Notes under the pieces: generated by a model
The model's database searches: none
The model's input: only the letters and a program-made list of their open reading frames with translations
What the model was told of the DNA's origin: nothing
Part shown: positions 16,978 through 26,297 of the stretch, one piece after another
Numbering within the stretch: the stretch's first letter is position 1
Layout of the letters: each line of letters opens with the position of its first letter
Translations under genes and position numbers: made by a program
Origin: an uncultured Coriobacteriia bacterium
Lineage (GTDB): Bacteria > Actinomycetota > Coriobacteriia > Coriobacteriales > QAMH01
Length of the DNA: 64,000 nt
Direction of reading: 5' to 3'
NCBI GenBank assembly: GCA_902475535.1
Contig: CABRZR010000002.1
Location: forward strand, 2,124 to 66,123

Positions 16978-17961
16978 TTGAGAGCGTTCGTTAATGGAAG
17001 CTCGGCATTGTTTTTCTTGCGTAGGCATACGCGCGGCAATTCAATGCTTGAATCCATTGCATATGAGCCTTTGTCAGATTGTCCTAGTTCATCCGAAGAG
17101 CTTAAAAGGCTTGGGTTACAGGCTTGCCTGTTTGGTGTTCCTCCCATTCGATTAATGGTTTGTCGAGCAGAGGAGAGGTTTATGCGTAAATCATTTAACT
17201 ATACGATTCCGCATTTCAAATTACCTTGGGATTCGTTCATACAAGTGGATGAACATGTATGTGTCGCGCGTCCGGAATTATGCTTGCTCCAAGCATTCTC
17301 GGCATACTCAACTCCAGGGTTTCTGGAGCTGTGCATGGAGTTTTGTGGGACATATGCACTAATAAAAGAAGAGCAACGGGGTTTTATAACGCGGGACTTT
17401 CAGCTTGCAACCGTAGATTCACTTTCAGATTTCGCCAGAAGATGCCATAGCTACAAAATCAATCGAGATATTGTGCCGCTTTTCAAATACATTGCCGAAG
17501 GCGCAAATTCCCCCATGGAAACACGTGAGTATCTTTTGATGTGCCTTCCTAAGAAAATGGGAGGGTATGGCTTGCCAAAGGCGAGTCTTAACATGCAGAT
17601 AAACCTGTCGGAAGAAGAACAGTTCATAGCGCAATGTAAATATTTCAAAGCGGATATGTGCTGGCCTGACCGGAAGGTAATCATTGAATATGATGGGCAT
17701 GAGGATCATGAGTCCCTTAACGATCGTGCCTATGATGCAAGGCGCCGGAATATTCTTGTCCAGAAGGGGTACACAGTCTTCACGATGACGGGGCAGCAAG
17801 TCTGCAATGCAAAAGTCTTTGATAGCGTGGTTCGAGATGTTGCTCACGCTCTCGGTCATAGGCTCAAGGGCTTTCCGGAGAATTGGCCTGAGCGAAGAGA
17901 CGGTTTGCGCGGGGAGCTTTTTAAGACCATGGGAGATTACGACGAGAGCTGGGTATGCTAG
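16978..17961 (+). CDS. DUF559 / Vsr-like endonuclease-fold protein (AbiEi-N plus DUF559 type architecture)
   Basis: 327 aa. TTG start 5 nt after GGGAGG (16967-16972). The C-terminal block SPMETREYLLM...ADMCWPDRKVIIEYDGHEDH...DARRRNILVQKGYTVFTMT matches the DUF559 pattern (E...D-x-W...EyDG...D..R...L...G). The region is visibly AT-richer than its flanks. Confidence 0.7.
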   Translation: MRAFVNGSSALFFLRRHTRGNSMLESIAYEPLSDCPSSSEELKRLGLQACLFGVPPIRLMVCRAEERFMRKSFNYTIPHFKLPWDSFIQVDEHVCVARPELCLLQAFSAYSTPGFLELCMEFCGTYALIKEEQRGFITRDFQLATVDSLSDFARRCHSYKINRDIVPLFKYIAEGANSPMETREYLLMCLPKKMGGYGLPKASLNMQINLSEEEQFIAQCKYFKADMCWPDRKVIIEYDGHEDHESLNDRAYDARRRNILVQKGYTVFTMTGQQVCNAKVFDSVVRDVAHALGHRLKGFPENWPERRDGLRGELFKTMGDYDESWVC

Positions 17962-18004
17962 ACAGTTATGCTGTGCCGATGAACACGTCCTGTTGTTCGA
18001 TATG

Positions 18005-18210
18005 CGACCATGAGGACACATTGCTTGGCACCAATCTTCGATGTGCCCTGTAATGTGTACTGGTGGTCGCAATTGCTGCCACAGCAGCACATTCCATGGC
18101 GCTTTTGCCAAGCAATGTGCTCTCATGGCTGTGCTCTCGACCACAGAACCACAATTCGGGGCGGAGACCAGGAGCGCTGTCCAATAATGTGCTCCTGTGG
18201 CCATGTTGGT
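18005..18210. repeat. array C of the ~72-bp repeat family (includes one inverted unit)
   Basis: GACCATGAGGACACATTGCTTGGCA (18006-18030) is the reverse complement of the core. A forward core lies at 18107 and a degenerate one near 18180. Confidence 0.8.
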
Positions 18211-18450
18211 AATTGCCGTAGTGCAGCTCGAGCCAAGAGCCCTACCTGTATGAATTCCCATTAATCCCAAACTTTTCCTAGCATTCCTTGACGCACAGGG
18301 GTAATATATCGAACGCTGTGCATTTTTGGCGCAGTGTGTCTATCTCCTGGCGCAAATCTCACGTGCAAAGGGAGGAGGCTCGAAGCCGCGATCCGCTGAG
18401 AGAAAGCAAAGAGCTTTCCGCCTCAAGATCGCCTGACAGTAAGGTTGGCA

Positions 18451-19071
18451 ATGGTCAATACGATTCTCGGCCGTAAGCTGGGCATGACGCAAGTCTGGGG
18501 AGAAGATGACACCATCGTTCCCGTGACCGTCATTCAGGCTGGCCCCTGCGTGATCTCGCAGGTCAAGACCACCGAGACCGATGGCTACGAGGCCGTCCAG
18601 ATCGGTTTTGGTGACATCAAGGAAAAGAAGGTCAACAAGCCCATGCAGGGTCACTTCGCGAAGGCGGGCGTAAGCCCCATGCGCTATCTGCGCGAGGTTC
18701 GCGTCGAGGACGCCTCTGAGCATGCAGTCGGTGACACGCTCACCGTCGAGGCGTTCAACGATGTCGACAAGGTCGACGTCACGGGCGTAAGCAAGGGCAA
18801 GGGTTTCGCTGGCGTTATCAAGCGCTACGGCTTCGCTGGCGGCCCCGGTGGCCACGGTCACCACTTCCACCGTGCTCCCGGTTCGGTGGGCATGTGCGCG
18901 TATCCCGCGCGCGTTCTCAAGGGTCTGCGTCTTCCCGGCCACATGGGCTGCGACCGCGTGACGGTTCGCAATCTCAAGCTGGTGCGCGTGGACGAGGAGA
19001 ACAATCTTCTGTTGGTCAAGGGTGCCGTGCCTGGTGGCAAGGGTGCTCTCGTTCAGATCCGCATGGCTTAG
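18451..19071 (+). CDS. rplC: 50S ribosomal protein L3
   Basis: MVNTILGRKLGMTQVW... ATG 18451 is preferred over TTG 18445 because AAGG lies 6 nt upstream. Confidence 0.96.
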   Translation: MVNTILGRKLGMTQVWGEDDTIVPVTVIQAGPCVISQVKTTETDGYEAVQIGFGDIKEKKVNKPMQGHFAKAGVSPMRYLREVRVEDASEHAVGDTLTVEAFNDVDKVDVTGVSKGKGFAGVIKRYGFAGGPGGHGHHFHRAPGSVGMCAYPARVLKGLRLPGHMGCDRVTVRNLKLVRVDEENNLLLVKGAVPGGKGALVQIRMA

Positions 19072-19085
19072 AGGAGGGCAGATCA

Positions 19086-19709
19086 ATGGCACAAATCAAG
19101 ATCACTGACTCCGCTGGCAAGTCTGCGGGCACGATTGAGGTCTCCGATGGCATCTTCGCCATCGAGCCCAATGGCGCATGCATCCATCAGGTCGTTCGCA
19201 GCCAGATGGCAGCTCGTCGTCAGGGCACGCACGACACCAAGACGCGTGGCCAGGTTTCCGGTGGCGGCCGCAAGCCGTTCCGTCAGAAGGGCACCGGTCG
19301 TGCTCGTCAGGGTACGACGCGCGCCGCACAGTTCCGTCATGGCGGTGTCGTCTTCGGTCCGCATCCCCGTTCCTACGCCTTCCGCGTGAACAACAAGGTC
19401 GTCAAGCTCGCCATGGCCTCCGTGCTTTCCGGCAAGCTCGCGGCAGACGAGCTCTTCGTCGTCGATGGCTTCAACTTCGACAAGCCTTCGACCAAGTCCG
19501 CTGCCAAGGCCCTCGAGGCTCTCGGCTGCAAGGGTCGTGTGACCGTCGTCGTCAACGATGAGGATGTCAACTCGTTCCTTTCCTTCCGTAACCTCGAGAA
19601 GGTTCGCGTCATTGGCGCTTCCGAGTCCAACACCTACGACCTGCTCGACAACGGGTCTCTGGTTATGACCAAGGACGCCGTCGAGTATGTTCAGGAGGTG
19701 CTGAGCTAA
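19086..19709 (+). CDS. rplD: 50S ribosomal protein L4
   Basis: [15 protein letters not shown]...[18 protein letters not shown]. Internal ATG after GAGGAGGG. The longer track ORF (18894) overlaps rplC. Confidence 0.96.
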   Translation: MAQIKITDSAGKSAGTIEVSDGIFAIEPNGACIHQVVRSQMAARRQGTHDTKTRGQVSGGGRKPFRQKGTGRARQGTTRAAQFRHGGVVFGPHPRSYAFRVNNKVVKLAMASVLSGKLAADELFVVDGFNFDKPSTKSAAKALEALGCKGRVTVVVNDEDVNSFLSFRNLEKVRVIGASESNTYDLLDNGSLVMTKDAVEYVQEVLS

Positions 19710-19996
19710 TGGAGGCACGTCAGATCATCATCCGCCCGATCATCACCGAGCGTTCGTTTGATATGCAGGACTTCAACCGCTACACGTTCGAGGTCGCCAA
19801 GACCGCCAGCAAGATCGAGATTGCCAAGGCAATCGAGGAGATCTTCAACGTGCACGTCACCAAGGTGAATACTGCCAACGTGAAGTCCAAGCCCAAGCGC
19901 CAGCGCTATGTGCAGGGTCGCACGCGTACCTGGAAGAAGGCCATCGTCACGCTCGCCGAGGGTGACAAGATCGAGCTGTTCGCAAGCCAGGATTAA
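19709..19996 (+). CDS. rplW: 50S ribosomal protein L23
   Basis: 95 aa. [10 protein letters not shown]...YTFEV... Start overlaps the rplD stop (TAATG). Confidence 0.95.
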   Translation: MEARQIIIRPIITERSFDMQDFNRYTFEVAKTASKIEIAKAIEEIFNVHVTKVNTANVKSKPKRQRYVQGRTRTWKKAIVTLAEGDKIELFASQD

Positions 19997-20161
19997 TCGG
20001 TTACTGAGTTTCCCCTTGGTGCGGGGAGGCTTTAAGGGTGTCGAGCGCTCGATGTGGAGCCACCCGGCACCGTGGTAAATCCGGAGTCGACAACCGTATG
20101 GAGGTGCACCACCTCCGTTCCCATAGCGGTTGAGCGGCCATCGGAGCAAAGGAGTTAGTTC

Positions 20162-20992
20162 ATGGGAGTAAGGAAGTACAAGCCGTCTTCCCCGGGACGT
20201 CGTTTCCAGACGGTCTCTGATTTTGCAGAGATCACGACGACGACCCCCGAGAAGTCGCTGCTGGAGCCGTTGCCTAAGAAGGCCGGCCGCAATAACTATG
20301 GTCGCATCACGACCCGTCACCAGGGTGGCGGTCACAAGCGCAAGTATCGCAAGATCGACTTCAAGCGTCGCAAGGATGGCATCCCGGCCAAGGTCGCGTC
20401 CATCGAGTACGACCCGAATCGTTCCGCGCGCATCGCGCTGCTCAACTATGCAGATGGCGCCAAGGCGTACATCCTGCAGCCCAAGGGCCTGAAGGTCGGC
20501 GATACCGTCGAGTCCGGTCCCGAGGCCGACATCAAGCCGGGTAACGCCCTGCCGCTGGCAAACATCCCTGTCGGTACGCTCGTGCATGCCGTCGAGTTCC
20601 AGCCGGGCAAGGGTGCCGCCATGGCTCGCAGCGCCGGCACGAGCATTCAGCTCATGGGTAAGGAGGGCGGCTACGCCATCCTGCGCATGCCGAGCTCCGA
20701 GATGCGTCGCGTCCTGCTCGACTGCCGCGCCACCGTGGGCGAGGTCGGCAACGCCGAGCACTCCAACATCCGCATCGGCAAGGCCGGTCGCAAGCGTTGG
20801 ATGGGCGTGCGTCCTACCGTCCGCGGTACCGTCATGAACCCCGTCGACCATCCGCATGGTGGTGGCGAGGGCAAGAACAAGTCCGCTGGTCGCCATCCGG
20901 TTACCCCGTGGGGTGTTCCCACCAAGGGTCATCGTACGCGTAACCCCAAGAAGGCGTCGGGTAGGCTCATCATCCGTCGTCGCAAGAAGTAA
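20162..20992 (+). CDS. rplB: 50S ribosomal protein L2
   Basis: 276 aa. [14 protein letters not shown]...GGGHKRKYR...HPHGGGEG. Confidence 0.97.
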   Translation: MGVRKYKPSSPGRRFQTVSDFAEITTTTPEKSLLEPLPKKAGRNNYGRITTRHQGGGHKRKYRKIDFKRRKDGIPAKVASIEYDPNRSARIALLNYADGAKAYILQPKGLKVGDTVESGPEADIKPGNALPLANIPVGTLVHAVEFQPGKGAAMARSAGTSIQLMGKEGGYAILRMPSSEMRRVLLDCRATVGEVGNAEHSNIRIGKAGRKRWMGVRPTVRGTVMNPVDHPHGGGEGKNKSAGRHPVTPWGVPTKGHRTRNPKKASGRLIIRRRKK

Positions 20993-21007
20993 TCGAAGGA
21001 GATAACC

Positions 21008-21268
21008 GTGAGTAGAAGTCTCAAAAAGGGCCCCTATGTGGAGCCGCGCCTCCTCGAGCGCATCATTGCGATGAACGAGGCTGGCGAGAAAAACGTCATC
21101 AAGACCTGGAGCCGTTCCTCGACGATCTTCCCCGAGATGGTGGGCCACACCATCGCCGTGCACGATGGTCGTCGTCACGTCCCCGTCTATGTCACCGAGT
21201 CGATGGTCGGACACAAGCTGGGCGAGTTCTCCCCGTCCCGCACGTTCCGCGCCCATAAGAAAGATTAG
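21008..21268 (+). CDS. rpsS: 30S ribosomal protein S19
   Basis: [16 protein letters not shown]...[13 protein letters not shown]. Confidence 0.96.
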   Translation: MSRSLKKGPYVEPRLLERIIAMNEAGEKNVIKTWSRSSTIFPEMVGHTIAVHDGRRHVPVYVTESMVGHKLGEFSPSRTFRAHKKD

Positions 21269-21279
21269 GAGGAGCGCAA

Positions 21280-21621
21280 ATGCAAGCTAAGGCTGTTGCA
21301 AAGTACGTGCGCGTTTCTCCGCGCAAGGCTCGCATCGTCGTCGACAAGATTCGCGGCAAGGAGGTTGTCGACGCGCTCGACATCCTGCGCTTCAACGAGC
21401 GCGCCATTTCCGAGGTCGTCTCCAAGGTCGTATCGTCTGCGGCTGCCAATGCCGAGAACAAGTACGGCGTGCGCCCGGAGAACCTGGTGGTCAAGGCTGC
21501 CTACGTTGACGAGGGTCCGACCATAAAGCGTTATCGCCCGCGCGCCAAGGGTTCCGCAAGCCCCATCATGAAGCGCACGAGCCACATCACCATCATCGTA
21601 GCTACGCGAGAGGAGGCGTAA
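21280..21621 (+). CDS. rplV: 50S ribosomal protein L22
   Basis: [27 protein letters not shown]... Confidence 0.96.
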   Translation: MQAKAVAKYVRVSPRKARIVVDKIRGKEVVDALDILRFNERAISEVVSKVVSSAAANAENKYGVRPENLVVKAAYVDEGPTIKRYRPRAKGSASPIMKRTSHITIIVATREEA

Positions 21622-21626
21622 GGGTC

Positions 21627-22337
21627 ATGGGTCAGAAAGTTAAGCCGACAGGCTTCCGCCTCGGCATCACCGAGGATTGGCGCAGCCGCTGGTATGCGGG
21701 TAACGACTACGCCGCCACGCTCGAGAACGATCTCAAGCTGCGCAAGTACGTCGAGAAGAAGCTCAGCAATGCCGCCCTTTCTCGCGTGGAGATCGAGCGA
21801 GCTGGCGACAAGATCAAGGTCATCATCACGACCGCCCGTCCTGGCATCGTCATCGGCAAGAAGGGCGCCGAGGTTGACGTGCTCCGCAAGGAGCTCGAGA
21901 AGATCTCCGGTGGCCATGTGAGCGTTGAGGTCATCGAGGTCAAGCGCCCCGAGCTCGACGCCAATCTCATCGCGCAGTCCATCGCGGAGCAGCTCGAGGG
22001 CCGCGTTGCGTTCCGTCGTGCCATGCGCAAGGCCGTGCAGTCCGCGCGCAGGTCGGGTGCTCAGGGCATCCGTATCCAGTGCTCCGGTCGCCTTGGTGGC
22101 GCTGAGATGAGCCGCCGCGAGTGGTACCGCGAGGGTCGCGTGCCCCTGCACACCCTGCGCGCAATGATCGATTACGGCTTTGCCACCGCCCATACCACGA
22201 TGGGTTCCTGCGGCATCAAGGTCTGGGTCTACTACGGCGAGGTCCTTCCCGGCCAGGACAAGAAGAATCCTGCGCTCGAGGGCACGTCCGCCCAGCGTCG
22301 CGGCCGTGGCCGTCGTGGCGAGAGGAGGGATCGCTAA
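21627..22337 (+). CDS. rpsC: 30S ribosomal protein S3
   Basis: [24 protein letters not shown]..., KH domain, RG-rich tail. Confidence 0.97.
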   Translation: MGQKVKPTGFRLGITEDWRSRWYAGNDYAATLENDLKLRKYVEKKLSNAALSRVEIERAGDKIKVIITTARPGIVIGKKGAEVDVLRKELEKISGGHVSVEVIEVKRPELDANLIAQSIAEQLEGRVAFRRAMRKAVQSARRSGAQGIRIQCSGRLGGAEMSRREWYREGRVPLHTLRAMIDYGFATAHTTMGSCGIKVWVYYGEVLPGQDKKNPALEGTSAQRRGRGRRGERRDR

Positions 22338-22882
22338 TGTTAATGCCCAAGCGCATCAAGCACCGCAAGGTCCAGCGCGGCTCTATGAAGGGTAAGTCCA
22401 AGGGAGGCAACAACCTCAACTTTGGCTCCTACGGCATTCAGGCTCTCGAGTCGCATTGGATTACCAACCGTCAGATCGAGGCTGCTCGTATCGCCATGAC
22501 CCGCTACATGAAGCGTGGTGGCCGCGTGTGGATCACGATCTTCCCGGACAAGCCCATCACCAAGAAGCCGGCAGAGACCCGCATGGGTTCCGGCAAGGGC
22601 AATCCTGAGGAGTGGGTGGCCGTCGTCAAGCCCGGTCGCATCATGTTCGAGATCGATGGCGTCCAGCCTGACGATGCCCGCGAGGCCATGCGCCTTGCCA
22701 TCAACAAGCTGCCCATCAAGTGCAAGATGGTGATTCGCGAGGATGCCGCCGAGCGTGCTGCGGAGTATGCCAAGGCCCATGCCAAGGATTCCGCTCGTGG
22801 CCGCTCCAAGGCTGCCAAGGAGAGCACCGCTGCAGCTGCCCCCGCTGCCGCCACCACTGAGGAAGAAGGAGGCGACGAGTAA
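22337..22882 (+). CDS. rplP: 50S ribosomal protein L16 (with ~45-aa C-terminal extension)
   Basis: [15 protein letters not shown]... ATG 22337 overlaps the rpsC TAA. The track ORF start at 22121 lies inside rpsC. Confidence 0.95.
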   Translation: MLMPKRIKHRKVQRGSMKGKSKGGNNLNFGSYGIQALESHWITNRQIEAARIAMTRYMKRGGRVWITIFPDKPITKKPAETRMGSGKGNPEEWVAVVKPGRIMFEIDGVQPDDAREAMRLAINKLPIKCKMVIREDAAERAAEYAKAHAKDSARGRSKAAKESTAAAAPAAATTEEEGGDE

Positions 22883-23095
22883 ATGAAGCCTGCAGAGATT
22901 CGCGAGCTCACTACCGACGACCTCAACGATAAGCTGACCGAGGCGCGCACCGAGCTCTTTAACCTGCGTTTCCAGATGGCCACGAGCCAGCTGGACAACA
23001 CCGCGCGCGTGAAGGTCGTCAAGAAGGACATTGCCCGTATTTGCACCGAGCTGCGTGCACGCGAGATTCGCGCTGCAGCCGAAGCGACCGCTTAA
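22883..23095 (+). CDS. rpmC: 50S ribosomal protein L29
   Basis: [31 protein letters not shown]... Confidence 0.95.
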   Translation: MKPAEIRELTTDDLNDKLTEARTELFNLRFQMATSQLDNTARVKVVKKDIARICTELRAREIRAAAEATA

Positions 23096-23114
23096 GGAAA
23101 GGAGCGAAGCTTAA

Positions 23115-23375
23115 ATGAACGAAGAGCGTAATCGTCGTAAGGTTCGCCAGGGCGTCGTCGTCTCGGCCACAAACGACAAGACCATCGTCGTGCAGATCGA
23201 GGAGCGCAAGCCGCACCGCGTCTACGGCAAGATGATCACCACCACCAAGAAGTTCCACGCGCATGACGAGGGCAACGAGGCCGGTGTGGGCGATACCGTT
23301 CGCATCATGGAGACTCGTCCGCTCTCCAAGCAGAAGCGCTGGCGCCTGCTCGACATCGTCGAGAAGGCCAAGTAG
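23115..23375 (+). CDS. rpsQ: 30S ribosomal protein S17
   Basis: [33 protein letters not shown]... Confidence 0.95.
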   Translation: MNEERNRRKVRQGVVVSATNDKTIVVQIEERKPHRVYGKMITTTKKFHAHDEGNEAGVGDTVRIMETRPLSKQKRWRLLDIVEKAK

Positions 23376-23403
23376 TCAGCTAACGTAGCAGGAAGGTATT
23401 CCC

Positions 23404-23772
23404 ATGATTCAGATGCAATCAATGCTGACTGTTGCTGACAACAGCGGTGCACAGAAGGTTCAGTGCATCAAGGTCCTCGGCGGCTCCAAGCGCCGCTACG
23501 CCGGCCTGGGCGACATCATCGTCTGCAGCGTCAAGGAGGCAGCCCCCAACAGTCAGGTCAAGAAGGGCGACGTCGTTCGTTGCGTCATCGTCCGTCTCAA
23601 GAAGGAGGTCCGTCGCAAGGACGGCTCCTACATCAAGTTCGATGAGAACGCCGCCGTCGTGGTTGACGATTCCGGCGCTCCCCGCGGCACGCGCGTTTTC
23701 GGGCCCGTCGCCCGCGAGCTGCGTGACCGCAAGTTCATGAAGATCGTCTCCCTCGCACCCGAGACGCTTTAG
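23404..23772 (+). CDS. rplN: 50S ribosomal protein L14
   Basis: [28 protein letters not shown]... Confidence 0.97.
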   Translation: MIQMQSMLTVADNSGAQKVQCIKVLGGSKRRYAGLGDIIVCSVKEAAPNSQVKKGDVVRCVIVRLKKEVRRKDGSYIKFDENAAVVVDDSGAPRGTRVFGPVARELRDRKFMKIVSLAPETL

Positions 23773-23789
23773 GGGAAGGTGAGAAGAAG

Positions 23790-24107
23790 ATGACGAAGAT
23801 GAATATCAAGACTGGCGATACCGTCAAGGTCATCGCTGGTAAGGACAAGGGCGCACAGGGCGAGGTCCTCTTCGCCTACCCCGAGAAGGGTCGTGTCACT
23901 GTCCAGGGCGTTAACCTTGTGCACAAGGCGTTGCGTCCGACGCAGGCCAATCCTAACGGCGGTATCGACACGCGCGAGGCGGCTATCGACGTCTCCAACG
24001 TCATGCTGGTTTGCCCGTCGTGTGGCTTGCCGACCCGCATCGGCCACAAGGTCGACGAGGATGGCAAGGTTCGCGTCTGCAAGAAGTGCGGCAAGGTTAT
24101 CGACTAA
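23790..24107 (+). CDS. rplX: 50S ribosomal protein L24 (Cys4-containing variant)
   Basis: KOW motif IKTGDTVKVIAGKDKG. The C-terminal part carries CPSC (aa 75-78) and CKKC (aa 97-100). Confidence 0.95.
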   Translation: MTKMNIKTGDTVKVIAGKDKGAQGEVLFAYPEKGRVTVQGVNLVHKALRPTQANPNGGIDTREAAIDVSNVMLVCPSCGLPTRIGHKVDEDGKVRVCKKCGKVID

Positions 24108-24256
24108 CATGAATTTCAACTTCGGGCTGGCGCACCCGAGGTGAAAACCTCGGCGCTGCTCCTGCGGAACTCGCGCGCACAGATCGCGCGCTCAGACAGT
24201 CCTCGGACCCGCAGCGCCAGGTTTTCACCTCTGCGCCAGACTCGTTGAAATTCATG
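24108..24256. repeat. ~149-bp imperfect palindrome filling most of the rplX-rplE spacer
   Basis: Termini CATGAATTTCAAC (24108-24120) and GTTGAAATTCATG (24244-24256). Internal matched blocks are TGGCGCA, GAGGTGAAAACCT/AGGTTTTCACCTC (24138-24150 and 24219-24231) and GGCGCTGC/GCAGCGCC. Confidence 0.85.
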
Positions 24257-24352
24257 ATGTCTTTCAGGTTAGGGACCTGAGTTGTAATAGGCCCTCCGTG
24301 CGGAGGGGGCGAGGTCGGAAACCCCGCCTTAAATCTCGAAGGAGTTAGAAAC

Positions 24353-24895
24353 ATGGCACCACGTCTTAAAGAGAAGTACTACAAGGAGCTCGCTCCGAAG
24401 CTCAAGGAAGAGCTCGGCATCGCCAACGTCAACGACATCCCCAAGCTCGAGAAGATCGTCGTCAACATGGGTGTGGGCGAGGCTGCGACCGACAGCAAGC
24501 TCATCGATGCGGCTGTCGAGGACCTGCGCGTCATCACCGGCCAGCAGCCGATGATCTGCCGCGCCAAGAAGTCCATCGCAACCTTCAAGCTGCGTGCTGG
24601 CATGCCGATCGGCGCTAAGGTCACGCTGCGTGGCGACCGCATGTACGAGTTCTTCGATCGCCTCATCGCGGCCGCGATTCCCCGCATCCGCGACTTCCGC
24701 GGCCTTCCCGCGAACAGCTTCGATGGCCATGGCAACTATTCCATGGGCGTTACCGAGCAGATCATCTTCCCGGAGATCGACTACGACAAGGTCGATCGCA
24801 CCCGCGGCATGGACATCACGTTCGTGACGACTGCCAAGACCGACGAAGAGGGCAAGGCGCTTCTCACCGCTTTCGGATTCCCGTTTGCGGCTTAG
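24353..24895 (+). CDS. rplE: 50S ribosomal protein L5
   Basis: [22 protein letters not shown]... Confidence 0.97.
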   Translation: MAPRLKEKYYKELAPKLKEELGIANVNDIPKLEKIVVNMGVGEAATDSKLIDAAVEDLRVITGQQPMICRAKKSIATFKLRAGMPIGAKVTLRGDRMYEFFDRLIAAAIPRIRDFRGLPANSFDGHGNYSMGVTEQIIFPEIDYDKVDRTRGMDITFVTTAKTDEEGKALLTAFGFPFAA

Positions 24896-24997
24896 TAGGA
24901 GAATAAGGTAGAATATTCGATTGCTGTGCGTTTTTACGTGCAGCAATCGGAGTTTAGCGGGAGATACGGTTTTCCCGCGAACAGGAAAGGATGAGCA

Positions 24998-25183
24998 TTG
25001 GCAAAGAAATCGATGATCGCCAAGGCGAAGCGTGAGCCGAAGTTCAGCACGCGCGCGTATACGCGTTGCAACCGCTGCGGCAGGCCGCATTCGGTCTATC
25101 GCAAGTTCGGTCTGTGCCGAATCTGCTTGCGTGAACTTGCCCTTAAAGGCGAACTCCCCGGTGTCCGCAAGGCAAGCTGGTAA
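24998..25183 (+). CDS. rpsN: 30S ribosomal protein S14 type Z (zinc form)
   Basis: 61 aa. [16 protein letters not shown]...CNRCGRP...CRIC...W. TTG start after GGAAAGGA. Confidence 0.93.
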   Translation: MAKKSMIAKAKREPKFSTRAYTRCNRCGRPHSVYRKFGLCRICLRELALKGELPGVRKASW

Positions 25184-25285
25184 GGCAAGCCACGTAGACG
25201 CTGGGCTGCCACAAGACAGGCGCGGCCATCACGGGTGGACGCGAACCGCTTGGGAGCAGTCATCAACGAACCATAGGAGGAATCA

Positions 25286-25684
25286 ATGAGCACGACCGAT
25301 TCGATCGCAGACATGCTCACGCGTATTAGAAACGCGAACACTGCGAACAAGGAGACGGTTTCCATGCCGTCTTCGCGAAAGCTCGTCGAGATAGCTCGCA
25401 TCATGAAGCAAGAGGGCTATATCACGGAGTACGAGATCATCTCGAAGGCTCCCCAGGACGAGCTTCTCATCACGCTGAAGTACGGGGACAAGAAGGAGAA
25501 GGTCATTCGTGGCCTGCGCCGCATTTCTAAGCCCGGTCTTCGCATCTATGCTGGCAAGAACGAGCTCCCCCGCGTTCTGGGTGGCCTCGGCACTGCCATC
25601 ATTTCCACGTCCAAAGGTGTCATGACCGATCGCGATGCCCGCATTGCCGGCGTCGGCGGCGAGGTCCTGGCATACGTCTGGTAA
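25286..25684 (+). CDS. rpsH: 30S ribosomal protein S8
   Basis: [20 protein letters not shown]... Confidence 0.97.
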   Translation: MSTTDSIADMLTRIRNANTANKETVSMPSSRKLVEIARIMKQEGYITEYEIISKAPQDELLITLKYGDKKEKVIRGLRRISKPGLRIYAGKNELPRVLGGLGTAIISTSKGVMTDRDARIAGVGGEVLAYVW

Positions 25685-25706
25685 GAGCCGAGAAAGGAGC
25701 AATCGC

Positions 25707-26246
25707 ATGTCGCGTATTGGCAAGCTGCCCGTTCCGGTTCCCGCCGGAGTCGAGGTAAAGATCGACGGCAACACCGTTACCGTCAAGGGTCCCAAGGGTG
25801 AACTCACCCAGACCTTCAACGAGAATATGGCCATCAGCCTGGGCGAGGACGGCTCCATCGTCGTCGAGCGCCCCAACGATGCACGCGAGAATCGCGCGAT
25901 GCATGGCCTGACCCGTTCTCTCATCAACAACATGGTCATCGGCGTGAGCGAGGGCTATTCCAAGACGCTCGAGCTCGTCGGCGTTGGCTATCGTGCCGCA
26001 CTCAAGGGCGGCAAGCTCGAGATGACGCTTGGCTTCTCGCATCCTGTCATCGTCGATGCCATTGACGGCATCACGTTCGAGTGCCCCGAGCCCACGATCA
26101 TCAACATCAGTGGCATTGACAAGCAGCTGGTTGGCCAGGTCGCCGCGGACATCCGCGCCTTCCGCAAGCCCGAGCCGTACAAGGGCAAGGGTATTCGCTA
26201 CCAGGGCGAGCATATCCGCCGCAAAGAGGGCAAGGCTGCCAAGTAG
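25707..26246 (+). CDS. rplF: 50S ribosomal protein L6
   Basis: [31 protein letters not shown]... Internal ATG after AAAGGAG. The track start at 25635 overlaps rpsH. Confidence 0.96.
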   Translation: MSRIGKLPVPVPAGVEVKIDGNTVTVKGPKGELTQTFNENMAISLGEDGSIVVERPNDARENRAMHGLTRSLINNMVIGVSEGYSKTLELVGVGYRAALKGGKLEMTLGFSHPVIVDAIDGITFECPEPTIINISGIDKQLVGQVAADIRAFRKPEPYKGKGIRYQGEHIRRKEGKAAK

Positions 26247-26297
26247 TAAACGTACGCCGGTCGTTGCGCCGGTTAATTACAAGGAGAACGGTTCAGT

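Noticed and set aside
17425-18270. 281-aa minus-strand ORF overlapping the DUF559 gene and array C
   Set aside because: Its composition is not protein-like. It crosses the repeat array and lies antisense to an ORF with a clear DUF559 signature and a good RBS.
18288-18307. TTGACG / TAATAT as the new rplC-operon promoter
   Set aside because: The two hexamers are only 8 nt apart, and no acceptable -35 lies 16-18 nt upstream of TAATAT. The promoter for rplC therefore remains unidentified.
16102-18450. Classical IS element or prophage remnant as the explanation for the rpsJ-rplC insert
   Set aside because: There is no transposase, integrase or recombinase ORF, no clear terminal inverted repeats with target-site duplication, and no tRNA attachment site. 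It is therefore reported only as an island of uncertain origin.
22121-22336. Long N-terminal extensions offered by the ORF track for rplP (22121), rplD (18894), rplF (25635), the addA-like gene (41431), the ACP (36076) and maf (38091)
   Set aside because: The extensions overlap the preceding gene or a non-conserved leader. Internal starts with good RBSs reproduce the canonical N-termini.
24097-24354. 85-aa minus-strand ORF in the rplX-rplE spacer
   Set aside because: It lies entirely within the 149-bp palindrome and adjacent hairpin and has no RBS. Palindromes generate mirror ORFs on both strands.
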